DNA from: Lama guanicoe
Taxonomy: Eukaryota
Assembly: GCA_013239625.1 (NCBI GenBank)
Contig: MU053352.1
Location: 877,079-941,078, forward strand
Direction of reading: 5' to 3'
DNA length: 64,000 bases
Positions 13,097 through 24,960 of this stretch are shown piece after piece (the stretch's first letter is position 1; the number at the start of each line of letters is the position of its first letter). The notes beneath the pieces were generated by a model. It did not search any database. It worked only from the letters and a program-made list of their open reading frames with translations, and was not told the DNA's origin. Made by a program: the position numbers and the translations under genes.

Positions 13097-14597
13097 CTGT
13101 GGAGAGACACGGGGTGGCTGGGTTATCAATAACCAAAAGGTTCTGGCACCGGAGACCCGACGGCCAGGCCCAGGAGGGAGGGGTGGGCAGAGCTGCTAGG
13201 GAGATAACCAGCCTGGGTGGTGCTGCTCCAGCACCCTACTAGGGCAAGGTGGCCACCAGCCTCCTAGGGTGGGGGGTGTGGGCCCTCCTGAGTCAGTGGA
13301 GGTGATGGAGGAGGGACCAGCTGGAGCGACGGCCTGGGCTGTGCTCTGCAGGGGGCACCTGTGCCCCCACGCTGCAGTGCAGGCCGGGGTGGGCTGTCTG
13401 GGCAAAGAGGCAGAGGGTGCACCCAGAGGGTGCAGATCCCGAATGAAGCCCGGGCACCGTCCCTACATGGCAGGCCCAGCCCGGCTGATCTGACTCGTGC
13501 TTCCCCTGCCAAGCTGACCTGCTCCCCGCTCTGCGCCCACCCTTAGCCACACCAAACTGCCCCGTTCCCTGCAAACACGAGTGCTCGCGCTTGAGGCCTT
13601 TCTGTGTCCCCACTGCCTGGAGCTTCGTCACCACCTCACCTCCTCAGAGGCCTCACCCCCTACCCAGTCCAACGCCATCCTGGCTTCAAAGCCTATCTGA
13701 AGATCCCCCAGGCCACAGTCACAGCTCCCCTCCCTGCTGCTGCCCAGGGCCTCCCTCCTGCAGGTCTTCGCTTGTCTCCCCTGAGGAGCAAGGCCACACT
13801 CACCTATGGGGTCTTTGGTGTGGAGACACTGGCTGTGGCCTCTCAATGGCCTTGTCAGGGTAGGAACTGTACCATCCCCAGGGGACAGACAGGTAACGAG
13901 GCTCAGGTAGGTGAAGTCATGCCCCGGGCCACCCAGCTGGTCTGTCTGCATGCAGGGCCACCCTCTTCCTGCCAGGCTGCACTCACTAACCTCCCCACCT
14001 CACCTCCCACGCAGCCCCAGGTGCCTTGGTGCCTTTCCTGGGAGTCTGGGGTACCTTGGAGCCTGGCCTGCTGCCAGCCCAGCAACCCTGTGTCCAAAAG
14101 GGTTGCAGGGGGGCTGTGGGAGCCTCTGGGGTGCACTGCGATGAGTGGGGTGGGGTGGGCAGCCAGCCTGGGCCCTTCTGCTGCTTTGACCCAGGCCTAT
14201 CAGTGTCAGAGCCTACAACTGCCTAGGGCTTTCTGAGATGCCTTGTTTCAGAAATAACCAGGAAGAAACTTTTGTTTTGGCAAAGAAAATCTGTAACCCA
14301 GTATATAAAATTTCTGAGAAAGATACACATTGTGAGAGAATGGGCTTCTTCCCATGGCAAACAGGGTGTGTGGGGGTGGCCACAACTGAGTCATTGCTCT
14401 GCACATGCCCGGAGCTGGGGGCAGTGCCCAGCCAGCTGGCAGAGTGGAGTCCAAGCTAGGTGGGGCTGGGGGCAGGGCCTGCCCCCACCTCAACCAGCCC
14501 AAGTGCAGCCCCGAAATGACCCAGGGTCTGGAGGCCACACGTGCTGGGCCGGGCCCTGGGCCATTGGCTTGACCAGTGTCAGCGCGTAGCCTCACAG

Positions 14598-14615
14598 TGG
14601 CCAGCAGATGGCAGC
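14598..14615 (+). promoter_or_regulatory. Candidate CTCF site
   Basis: TGGCCAGCAGATGGCAGC matches the CTCF core CCASYAGRKGGCRS. Confidence 0.6.
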
Positions 14616-17441
14616 TGTTCTTCCTGCTCTCCTGGCAGGGCCACTGGTTTAGGGCAGAGCTGGATCTGAACCTGGGTGGGTCTTCCCAGAGGCTCTTCCT
14701 CTCTGGATGGCCTTAGTAATCTTGCCTTTCCGGGTGCCAAGCCCTGGGCCAGGCGCTGCCTTGGTTAATGCACGTTGACCCACTGAAGTAGGTGTGGGGG
14801 CAGAAAGATGCCTTGAAATTGCCCAGGGCCGTAGCTGGGGGAATTCTGGAGCCTCCAGGCCTGTTCAGCTTCAGAGCCTGGGCTCTTAGTGACAACATAC
14901 CCTCCTCCCACTTTCAGGGTTCCATATGTCTAGCAATCAGAATGGCCACCAACCGTGGCTATTGCTGTGCACTGGGTGGGACGCGTTGGGGCATGCTGGC
15001 CACAGGTCAGCCTGACTGTGACCCCCTGTGCACAGCCTAACTCTGACTGTCTTCCTGTGGGACGGGAGGAGGGTGGATAACCGCAACTTAGCAAGCAGCT
15101 CTTAGGGTCTGAGTTCAGGTCTAGCTGCCAGGGACACAGGAATGTGCTCTGCTCCTAAATCCCTGGCTGTTTTGTTGGGGACACAGGCCAGCGTTGCTGA
15201 CCAGCACAGTCTGTTCTGTGGGGATGGATGGAGTCCCTCCCAGAGGGACAGTGAGATCAGAATGAGGGAGGGCCTGCAAGGTGAGAGGGGTAGTGAGTAG
15301 TTGAGTGAATGGGTGAATGATCTTGGGCGCATCCCAGGAGGCCTGCACGGAGGTGGCAGGTCCCACACAGGGGGAGGGTCTAGAGAAGGACATGAGCAGT
15401 AGGGGTGGGGCACAGGGGAGCTAGCTGGAGACAGGAGAGGGCACAGCTAAGAAGCCTGGGCCTCCATCCCTTGGCAAAAAGGAGTGTGTGGGCATCTGAG
15501 CAGAGGTCCACAGAAAAGAGGAGGTGGGTGGCCGGTGGCAGGATGAGCAGACTGAAGGGACAGAGAAGCCAAGAGGTCTGACAGGGCCGTAGCTGGGAGA
15601 GCCCCAGGAAGCCAGGGGCTGGAAAGAGCAGGAGTCCTGAACCCAGTACAGGCAGGCTGACGTCAGCACCCACCCAGCTCCAAGGCCATGGACAACCAGC
15701 CACGGCCACGCTCTGGGGCCAGCTCCCAAGAATGTGGGAGGGGGAGGGGGTATCGCTCAGAAGCTGACATGTGGCCCAGCCTCCCATGTTCCCACAGCAT
15801 GTGGGGCTGTTCACACACTGAGCTTGGGGTATGAACCCCACCTCCAGCCCGGCCAGAGGCAGAGCTGAACAAAGAAGGTGACTCTGGCTCCTAAATGGTG
15901 AACTCCGGCCACACTGAGTCCCCAGTCTTGGGGTTCTCGCAAGGCGCAAACCCACACTGGAAACAGAGATGAAGCTCAACGTGAGAGATGCAGGTAAAAC
16001 CACTCAATGTGATGGTCCTCAAATCAGAAAAAAGAACGAAGGACATTCACTTGGCATGTGCTTTCCAACAGATAAGGTGGCAGGTACCCATCAAGAGCGG
16101 CCTCCCCGACATCCCCTCCCCCATGGGAGCTCTGCTGGTGGGGCACGGGGTCCAGGCAGGAACACACTTTACATGCAAAGGTTCCCAAGCTCGTAGCCTT
16201 GGGGGTTTTCTCAGGCTTTTATGACCCTGACACATCCTCTCCGTCCTAACTTCCGCTGGGAATGAAACTCAGCCACAATGAGCATGCGAGGAACAAAGTA
16301 ACAATCTGCATCTCCACGACACGGCAGACACTGAACTCTGTGTGGACGCAGCACCCTACAGAAATTCTGCAGCGGTATGAATACAAGAATAGCAGCAGCT
16401 GAAATCTAGGACCAGGTCAACGCCACACTCCGGCGTTCAAGGGAGCCCCTCGCCTGCCTCAAAGCCCCCAGGAAGGCCAGGACTCAGCACAAAGCAGCTG
16501 CCTGGGGAGGGGCTGCCAGGCTGCGCCGGGTCGGAGGGAAAAATGAGGTGGTTGGAGAACAGAGGCTTGAACTCTGAATTCCTCGTGCACTCCCCCAGGA
16601 TGCGGCCTCCTCTGCTCACACGTGCACCAGCTGCTGAAGACAGGAGCTGCTGCCCTGCCAGTCTGCTCGGGTGCCTCGCTCTCCCCTCCCCCCCCAGCAC
16701 AGGGTGCGGGTGGGTGAGGCAGGAGGGGACAGGAGACTCCCTTTACTGGGCACTGTGAGTGAGAGGCCAGTTAGGGGAGCCCAAAGCACACCCGCACCTG
16801 CCCTCTGCCTGGCGAGGATTATTCCTCCATCCTTCATGTCAAATCTCAGCCCCTGAACCCGAGGCGCGTCTCCCCCACTCTCTCTGGGACCCGCTGTCCT
16901 GCTAGCCCTGCAGGGCCCCTTGTGATCAGCTGCTCTGCCTCACGCGTGCTGGCCTCTGGCTAGCCCTGCACCAGATGGTGTGCCCAGGAGACAATGCGTG
17001 AACTGCCTGTAGACCCAGCCCAGGGTCTCAGCAGCTCGGGAAGCAAGCTCTGGAAGAGGCAGCTGCACGCTGCCCAGCAATGAAGTGGCTGGGTGGGAGC
17101 CTGTTCTCAGACATGACCACTTCTAGAAAAGCACCGACTCCTAAAATACCCGCGATTTTCCCCAGCTAAATGCAAGAATGAATTCTCCTTTTCATTAGAA
17201 GAGAATAAACCCATAAAATGTGTTTACACAGCAGCAGTCACAACTTCTCCATCTACCCCAGCCAGGTCAGCAGCAGCCTCCCGTCCATGGTGAGCTTCCC
17301 ATGTGTGTCCATTTCCAACCCTTAGGGACTATCCTGGGTTGGCTAGTGTCTCCCCAAATCCAGGCTCTTCCTGGAACCTCAGAATGTGACCTTATTTGGA
17401 AGGACTGATACAGGTATAATTAGTTAAGAAGTAGTCATCTT

Positions 17442-18066
17442 CACTCTTGGGCTTATATCAGGAGAAAACTCTAATTCAAAAAGATACATGCACCCCAATG
17501 TTCACAGCATCAATATTTATAATAGCCAAGACATGGAAGCAACCTAAATGTCCATGGACAGATGACTGAATAAAGAATATGTGGTGTATATGGAACATTA
17601 TATTATATATAATGGAATATCAGTCAGCCCTAAAAAGGAATGAAATAATGCCATTAGCAGCAATATGGATGGACCTAGAGATTATCACACTAAGTCAGTC
17701 AGAGAAAGACCTTGTATGATATCACTTACATGTGGAATCTAAAAAAAAGATACAAATAAACTTATTTACAAATCAGAAATAGACTCACAGACATAGAAAA
17801 CAAACTATGGTTACCAAAGGGGAAGGGGGTTGGGATAAAATAGGAGTTTGGGATTAACAGATACATACTACTATACATAATACCAGATAAAAACAAGGAC
17901 TTGTTGTATAGCACAGGGAACTATATTCACTGTCTTGTAATAACCTATAATGGAAAATAACATGAAAAAGAATAGATATATGTGGATAACTGATTCACTT
18001 TGCTGTACACCTGAAACTAACACATTGTAAATCAACTATACTTCCATTAAATATATATATATATAC
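17442..18066 (+). mobile_element. L1 3' end (ORF2 tail and 3'UTR)
   Basis: aaagatacatgcaccccaatgttcacagca...aacctaaatgtcca...aatcaactatacttc followed by an AT tail. Confidence 0.92.
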
Positions 18067-18110
18067 ATGAGGCTACCTTGGAACAGGACGAGTCCTTAAT
18101 CTAACACAAC

Positions 18111-18207
18111 TGACATCCTTCTAGGAAGAGGAACTAAGACACAGAAACACTAGCGATGACATCCTTCTAGGAAGAGGAACTAAGACACAGAAACACTAGC
18201 GATGACA
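18111..18207. repeat. Exact 46-bp tandem duplication
   Basis: tgacatccttctaggaagaggaactaagacacagaaacactagcga at 18111-18156 and 18157-18202, then a trailing tgaca. Confidence 0.97.
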
Positions 18208-18421
18208 CAGAACAGAGCCATGTGTCTCCAAGCCAAGGCTGGCCAGCAACACAGAAGCTGAGAAAGGCCTGGAACAGATCCTCCCTAGGCCTTCAGAGAA
18301 CGAGGCTCTGCTGACGAGTTGATTTTGGACTTCTAGCCTCCAGAGCGGAGAAAGAATACAATTCTGTGGTTTGGAGCCGTGGGTTGATGGGAATTTTTTA
18401 TGGTGGCCGTGGGAAACCAAC

Positions 18422-18838
18422 CCTGTGGCTTAAGCCAACACAAACGTATTTTCTTGCAGTTGTGGAGGTCAGACGTCCTAAGATCAGGATGGTGGCCGGG
18501 CTGTGAGCCTTCCAGAGGCTCCAGGGGGGAGTCTGTTTCTTTGCCTTTTCTGGCCATTAGAGGCTACCCTCGTACCCTGGCTCACGGCCCCTTCCTCCAT
18601 CCACACAGCTAGCCAGCATCTTCCAGCCTCTCTCTGACTCTGACCCTCCTGCCTCCCTGTTGTAAGAACCCTTGAGATTCCACTGGGCCAGCTGGACAGT
18701 CCAGGATTCTCTCCCCATCTCAAGATCCTTAACTTGATCACATCTGCAAAAACCTCTCTGCCCTGTGAGGTAACACAGTCACAGGTTCTGGGAATTAGGA
18801 CGTGGACGTCTTCGGGGGCCATCATTCCAGTACCCCAG
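18422..18838 (-). mobile_element. MaLR (MLT1C/D-like) LTR
   Basis: gtggcttaa...ttcttgcagttgtggaggtcag...cttaacttgatcacatctgcaaa...acaggttctgggaattagga...gggccatcattc. Confidence 0.85.
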
Positions 18839-19399
18839 TGAGCGGCTGTGTTCTCACCTGTCACGGGTCAGTACGTCCGACTGACTGCCCTGGGGGGTGG
18901 TCCCCGGATGCTCTCTGGTTAAGCACTGAGACGACTACCTGGGCGGAGAGACCTCACAGGCCCTTTGCGCTCTCCTCCAAGCCTGGCACACATACTCAGG
19001 GAGGTGGCCTGGGGCAGGCGAGGAGCCCAGTTCTGGGCCAGGCAGTCCAGGTTTGCCCCCACGTGGCCTTGGCTGTATGCTCTTCTGTGCACTGGGGACA
19101 CTGGAACCTCCCTTGGAAAACGATTTAAGCACCTGGTGTGCAGCCAGGGCAGAGCTGGGGCTTGCTGGACCCTCGCCCACCAATATCCCTGTCACCTCAT
19201 CAGCGCAGCTCACTTCTGCACAAAACCAGTCTCAGGTTTACTTCAAATCATAGCCAGAGGGAGCCCCTGTGTGCCTGCTGCACCCCACTCTCGGGGGCTC
19301 TCCTTGAACCTTTCAAGAGTTGGCTGTGGCTGAGGAGCCAGTGGGCACCCACACCAGGGCCAGGGCCCTCTTTCACCTGCAACTCCTGGGAAGGAGTGG

Positions 19400-19448
19400 G
19401 TTGCTATGGAAACAGCCAGCAGAGCAGAGCCAGGTGGGCTATTTTTAG
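19400..19448. promoter_or_regulatory. RFX X-box plus MEF2 site
   Basis: GTTGCTATGGAAAC at 19400-19413 and CTATTTTTAG at 19439-19448. Confidence 0.55.
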
Positions 19449-22400
19449 AAGTGGAGCTTTTCCCCCCATCTTTGAGGAAATGGATCAAGTTTCTGGGTGA
19501 GGAAGCCCTGTCAGGGGGCAGCTTTTGGAAACGAAGGAACCAAAAGCTACACAGACTGGTCTGGAAGGTGGGGGAGGTGACATGGTGGGGACGTGGGAGT
19601 CAGGGGCCCTGCTGCCACTCTATTTCTCTGGAGAACCTGGCTTTGCCCTCACCTGCCCACGACCTCCTCGGGGTCATGGAACAGGGTGACCAGGGGACCT
19701 CTTCCCCTCACTCACTGTGGCTGGAAGTGAGAACAGCCCTGGCTGAGGAGACTCAGGACCTGAGAGGTCAAGGCCGAGGGTGGGGGGAGCCCAGCACTCA
19801 CCCCTCCCCCTGCACCTTCACCCAGTACTGGGCTGGACCAGGTTTGGAGGGAGTGCTGAGATGGGCCTGGCAGAGGGACAGGACTACAGTGGAAGGGGAC
19901 AGGCCTATGTGGGTGAGGGGACAAGCACAGGGGCACCAGCAGGGTCCTGGGCACGGAGAGACATTCAGATGGCTCCTCCACCTCTAGGTGATTATCCACC
20001 TCTAGGGGGGCCCCCCACCCCATGCCCAGACCCCCAAGTGCCCCATGCCCTTTCTCCCTCTTGACTCTTCAGCTCACCCAGTGCCGCAGGAAGGCCCTTC
20101 GGCCCAGGGCTTTCCCACGCCCACCTGCGCCAGCCCCTGGATTTCCTCCCTCCTCTCCTGCAGACGGCTGCTCCCCGAGGCCTGGTACCCATCACCTCTC
20201 CTGAGCACTGCCCTGAGCCCTGGGCCCCCCAGCCTCCAGCTGATTGGAGTAAACACCCAAAAATGTCAAGAGAAGCTGGTGGCTTCTTGGAGGACAGACT
20301 CATAGCTCCCTCACCTCTGCAGGGTCAGCAGCAAGCCAGGCACTAGGCCAGAGATCGGGCAGGGCGCTGGGATCAGGGGATGAAGAGAGGAATCTTGTCC
20401 CACCCACTAGGAGCCTGGGGGAGGAGGCAGCCATGCAAAGGGACCCACAGCCGTCTGTGGGATGGCAGCGCAAGGCAGGTGGAGGCCAGCAGACGCCAAG
20501 GAGAGACACTGGAATCAGTGGGGGGAAGCAGGGGGACAGGACACATGCTGTCTGAGTGCCTGTGTCCTTGCTCACCTCAGGCTGGCCCCACTGGCCCTGT
20601 CCCGGCCCCCCTGCCACTCCACAGAGGAGGGGGCACAGAGACGGTGGTGAAGGAGCCCCGCTCCCTGTCCTACCGAGGCAGGGAGCCCACATCCCTGCAT
20701 TACAGACCCTGCTGTGCCTGCAGCCTGAGACCCCGCCATCCAGTGGCAGCTGATGGTGCTTACATCTGGGGCGGGACTAGCCCTGACCGAGTGGTGCTCC
20801 CTGACCCAGCAGCATGGTTAGTGGGGACGGGCACTGTTCCCCTCCTTCTCTCAGATCAGGGAGGGGACAAGGCCTAATCCCCAGCCCTGCAGCTTTCCAG
20901 CCGCCCCTGCCCCTGCTGTGGCCACACCTCCCTGAGGCCCCAGGCCCCCCAGAGGAGGCTCTCATCCCCAGGACAGAGCAGGGGAGCCTCCTACTTTTCT
21001 GTGGTCTGGCTGTGCAGAGATACCTTGCTGCAAGGCCTCTGGGAGACAAGCACAGCTCCGGGAGGGGGGGGTGTTGGGGGGTGCAGATGAGAACCGAGGG
21101 GGAGGGGGGACAAGGGCGCTACACTCTTGGCAGAAAACAGCCATTTCCAATCTGCAACGTTAGTGCCTCAAAAATCCAATTACAGCGGGTTTAGTGATTG
21201 TTACTTAGATTTCAGGAGGTTTGTGAAGCTGCCCAAATTCCATCACAGAATCCCATCAGCCAGATGCTGACAGCAGGCAGAAATAGGCCTGAGGCAGGTC
21301 CATGGATGTCAAGTGACTTCAGCAGGTCCGAGAAGGAACAGCCCTGTGGCTCAGGGACAGCTTATCCTGCACTTCCTCATGTCCTGTCATCGCCACGGAT
21401 GACACCATTTGCTGCAAGAATCATGCCCAGAAGAAGGGGCGGCGTGGAGAGTTAAGGATTGTGCCCAAGACCCCATGGCTCCTGAGTGGTGGAGCCAGGA
21501 CTGGCCAAGTGGTCTTTACAGAGAGTTTGGCGACACTTGCCACCTCCATGGCCCTGGGGGCTGAGAGACTGAGGAAGCGCCCCAGCACCCAGCCTGAGAT
21601 GAAGCCCGTGCTGGCTGGTGCCCTCCTACCCGGCCTGAAGTGGGATGTGACCAGGCGCCACCCAGGGACCCCAGCAACAGGAGGGACCCCAGAAGGAGAG
21701 CAGGTCTGCCTTCCCCAAAGTAGGTCCTGTGAGACACTAGTCCCACAGGGGCCTCTGCCAAAACAAAGAATCAGTGATTTAAAAAAAAACAACTTAAGAA
21801 AACAGGATGAATGGCATCCCTTCCCCAAGGAGGTAGGTGACTAGAGGCTCTGAGAAGCTCTGCCTTGAGGACCCTGGAAGGCGTGTCAGGATTGAATCGG
21901 ATGGAAAACCAGAGAACAATACATGATAAATTGTGAGGCCTGGCAGGCAGATAGAAAACACAAGCCACAGAACCAGGGCCGTAGGACCTCGGTGGCCCCT
22001 CTGGCCCACCTCCCCTCCTCTCTCACGGGCGAGCAGCACAGGGTGTTGAGGGAACCGGGTGAGACCCCATTCGGGCTCTCCAGCAGCTCCCGCTGCAGAG
22101 GGGTGCAGGGGTGGCATCCCACCCTGGACGGCTGTCAACAAGGCCATGGTGGGGCCTCCCGCACGGGCACCCCGGGCTGACACAAAAGCCGGGCTTTGCT
22201 TCCGTTCCAGCGGAGACGCAGGGACAGGAACCACAAACCCACAAACACCAATCTGTAGGTCAGTATCTGTGGTGACTGAACTGCCGATGTTCCCAGGGAA
22301 AACTACCCCTGGGGACCCCTGGGTCAGCCGGAGAGACCAGCAAGCAACGGAAGGCCGGGCAAAAATCTCAGAGAGCAGAGAAACACACCTCCGTCCTCTC

Positions 22401-24829
22401 ACTGGAGGGGGCAGGGCACAGGCCACAGGGTCAAAGCCACGAGCCACAAGGACCGGTGAAAATAAGTGTGTGCAAGTGATGGTTAGGTCGCCCACAGGCC
22501 TGGGCACCCCGCTTAGCAGAAGGCTGTGACCTGGAGCCATGCAGCATCCTCTGGATAATGGAACGCTGAGGGAGCAGGGCCCACCTCCAGGAAAAGAAAC
22601 ACCAGTGCAGAGATGGAGCATAAAAATAGAGGCGCGTGCTCCAATTACAGCATCTGCTGTAATGCTGACGGCAACCCACCACCCACAGCCTCCTCCAGCC
22701 CACCCAGAGCTTCCGCCCTAACTGGGGTTTCCACGGGGCCTACTGAAGCAACGGGGGTGCCCGTCCCGGATACAGCACTCAGGGAGCTGGCGTCCTACCC
22801 CTTGGGCCTCCAGGCTCATTCACCTGCCTGTCCTGGTTTGAGTCTTGCCCCAGGGTCCCAGGGAGCAGAGGTAGGCTGCCCCTCCGCTGCTGGAGGTAGG
22901 CCTTTGAGGACTGTTTGGGCGGAGACATGGCGGCCCAGCCCTGGTGTGAACTGACCGGGGCGGGTGCTGCTGCTCTCGCCTGAGCCCTTGTTTAAGGGGG
23001 CACAAAACAGGCAGCTGGAGCACTGACGCTCCTTTCCTCCCTGTTGGTGTCAAGACTGGGAGCCCACCCATGTCTCAGCACAGTGGGTGCCTCCCCACCG
23101 AGGCACCGGCCCCCCAGGCTGGCTGGTTTCACGAGCCCACCCCAACCAGACAAGAGTGGGCCTCCTGGGGCTGCCCTGCTCCTCCCAGCCTCCACTGAGG
23201 CCTCCACGCTGCCACCCACCCCACCAGTCTGCAGGCTCCTGGGGACCACCTGGTGACTTGGTGGTAGGGAGGGCATCAGTATTTTTAAAAAGCTCCTCCA
23301 GGAGATTTTATGCTACAGCCAGGTGAGAACTGCTGGGTTAGATCACCGGCTCTAACACCTCCTAATCCAGGCTCCAGCCCCGCACACTGCCTCAGGGCTC
23401 CCTATGTCCCCTGCACCCCAGCTCCAGGGACTAGGGAACCGAGGCTGAGGGCCTCACGTGACCCCCAGGCCTCGCTCTCTCCGGGGCCCAAGGCTGCCTC
23501 CTGGGTACCTAAGAAAAGCAAAAAAAATTCTCTTGTGATCTTGCCAGCTCAGGAAATTAAACAACTCCCATTTCTGCATTGAAAGCCAGGCTTTGCCCAC
23601 AACATGCAAGTTCGGTTTGGGTGCAGCCTTCTCACTTCTGCTCGGTAAGCCTCTCAGGTCTGCACGACTTCACTACTTGTGAGCCGCCGCCCTGGATCCC
23701 GCCGGGTTATGAGCCATGGCCTCGCCCGGCACCAGCTGCCGGGGACGTGGCGGGAACACCACAACAGGGCTCCTCTCTGCCCTCGCGGGCACGTGGGGCA
23801 CCACTGCCTGTGGCCCAGCTCGGAGCGCTGACCCCTGGCCTCGCTTCTCCGGGCCAGGCACCCCCCGCCCCGGGCCCCAACCTCGGCTGACTCGTGAGGC
23901 CAGCGAGCCCTCACCGGAGAGAAGGAGCCTTTAATGGACAACAAGGAGCTCCACCTGTGAGGGGGTTTCATTTCACTCAGCACAAACGCCTGTCTCCAGG
24001 CCAGAGAGGTCTGGCAACCCACACGCGACAGCCCGCTGATCTGTCCTTGACAGCCCAGTGCAGCTGAGCCAGTCACTGGAAACTGCGGGGTTACACAGTC
24101 TTGGCCCGAACAGCCACAGTTGCTTCCCCTTGGAAACCACTGGACGCCTGTGTAATCACACTGAAGAACTTTCTGCGTGCAGCTGCCTCGGGCGTTGATG
24201 ACAGAGTGACTGAGCAGGGGGCCTGGGGTGGGGAGAGGGGTCCCACCACCTAGGAGCCATGGGGCCCTGGAGGGGCTGGAGCTGTATCTGCACCTGGCGG
24301 ACCCCCACCTCCCAGGCCGCATGCAGGAGGTGCCAAATAGAAACCCAGTGAATGAACCAAGGACATGAGGGATGGTGGTGAGAAGAGTTTTCTGGGCTGC
24401 ATGGCATGTGCAGGTGAGTGCTGAGGGGGATCGCAGTGCTTTGAGGTTTGGAGAAGAGGTGGGGTTCACGGTTTTCCTCTGTGCAGACCCTGGCTTGAGC
24501 TAACACAGGAACACAACCTGATCACCTTGTGACCCGCCCCCCCACCAGGCCTTGGCTGCCCAATCCCTGCAAAGTTCCTCTTTCCTCCCTGCAGAGCTTG
24601 GGGCGCCCTCCTGTCTCTTATGGCTGCAGGGCCATAAGTAGGGGCCTGGCTGTGGGCTGAGCTCTGCAGGGAGGGTGAGGACGTGACCCATAGTCCCTGA
24701 CGGGTGGACTCTCATACTCCTCTTCGGGCAGACAGGCCAAGCCGTGTCTTAAACAGGAAGGGGACAGAGCCGCCCCTTTCATTAACTGTCCAAGTAAGAG
24801 ATGCCTCTCCCCTTTAGGAATCAAGCAGA

Positions 24830-24960
24830 ACTTCAAGTCCCACTTAGCTGTTTATCACCCCTGCAACCTTGCAGTTACTTAACTTCTTAACCTTCAGTTC
24901 CTCATCTGTAAAATGGGTCTATGTCTGTAAAGTGCTTAACACGATGCCTGCCCCACAGTG
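24830..24960 (-). mobile_element. MIR SINE
   Basis: MIR core ttacttaacttc...cagttcctcatctgtaaaatggg...tgtaaagtgcttaaca. Confidence 0.75.

Larger units (their letters stand above)
17328..18421 (+). mobile_element. MaLR (MLT1-like) solo LTR interrupted by an L1 insertion
   Basis: 5' part cctcagaatgtgaccttatttggaaa...gttaag (17328-17440). Resumes near 18067 and ends ...gattttggacttctagcctccaga...gccgtgggaaaccaa. Confidence 0.8.

Noticed and set aside
18111..18207. Direct repeat as a CRISPR-like array
   Set aside because: Two adjacent copies without spacers, inside a mammalian MaLR LTR, with no cas genes.
21794..24469. 275-aa and 271-aa minus-strand ORFs
   Set aside because: Low-information Pro/Gly/Ser/Cys/Leu composition, no recognised homology and no convincing splice or start context.
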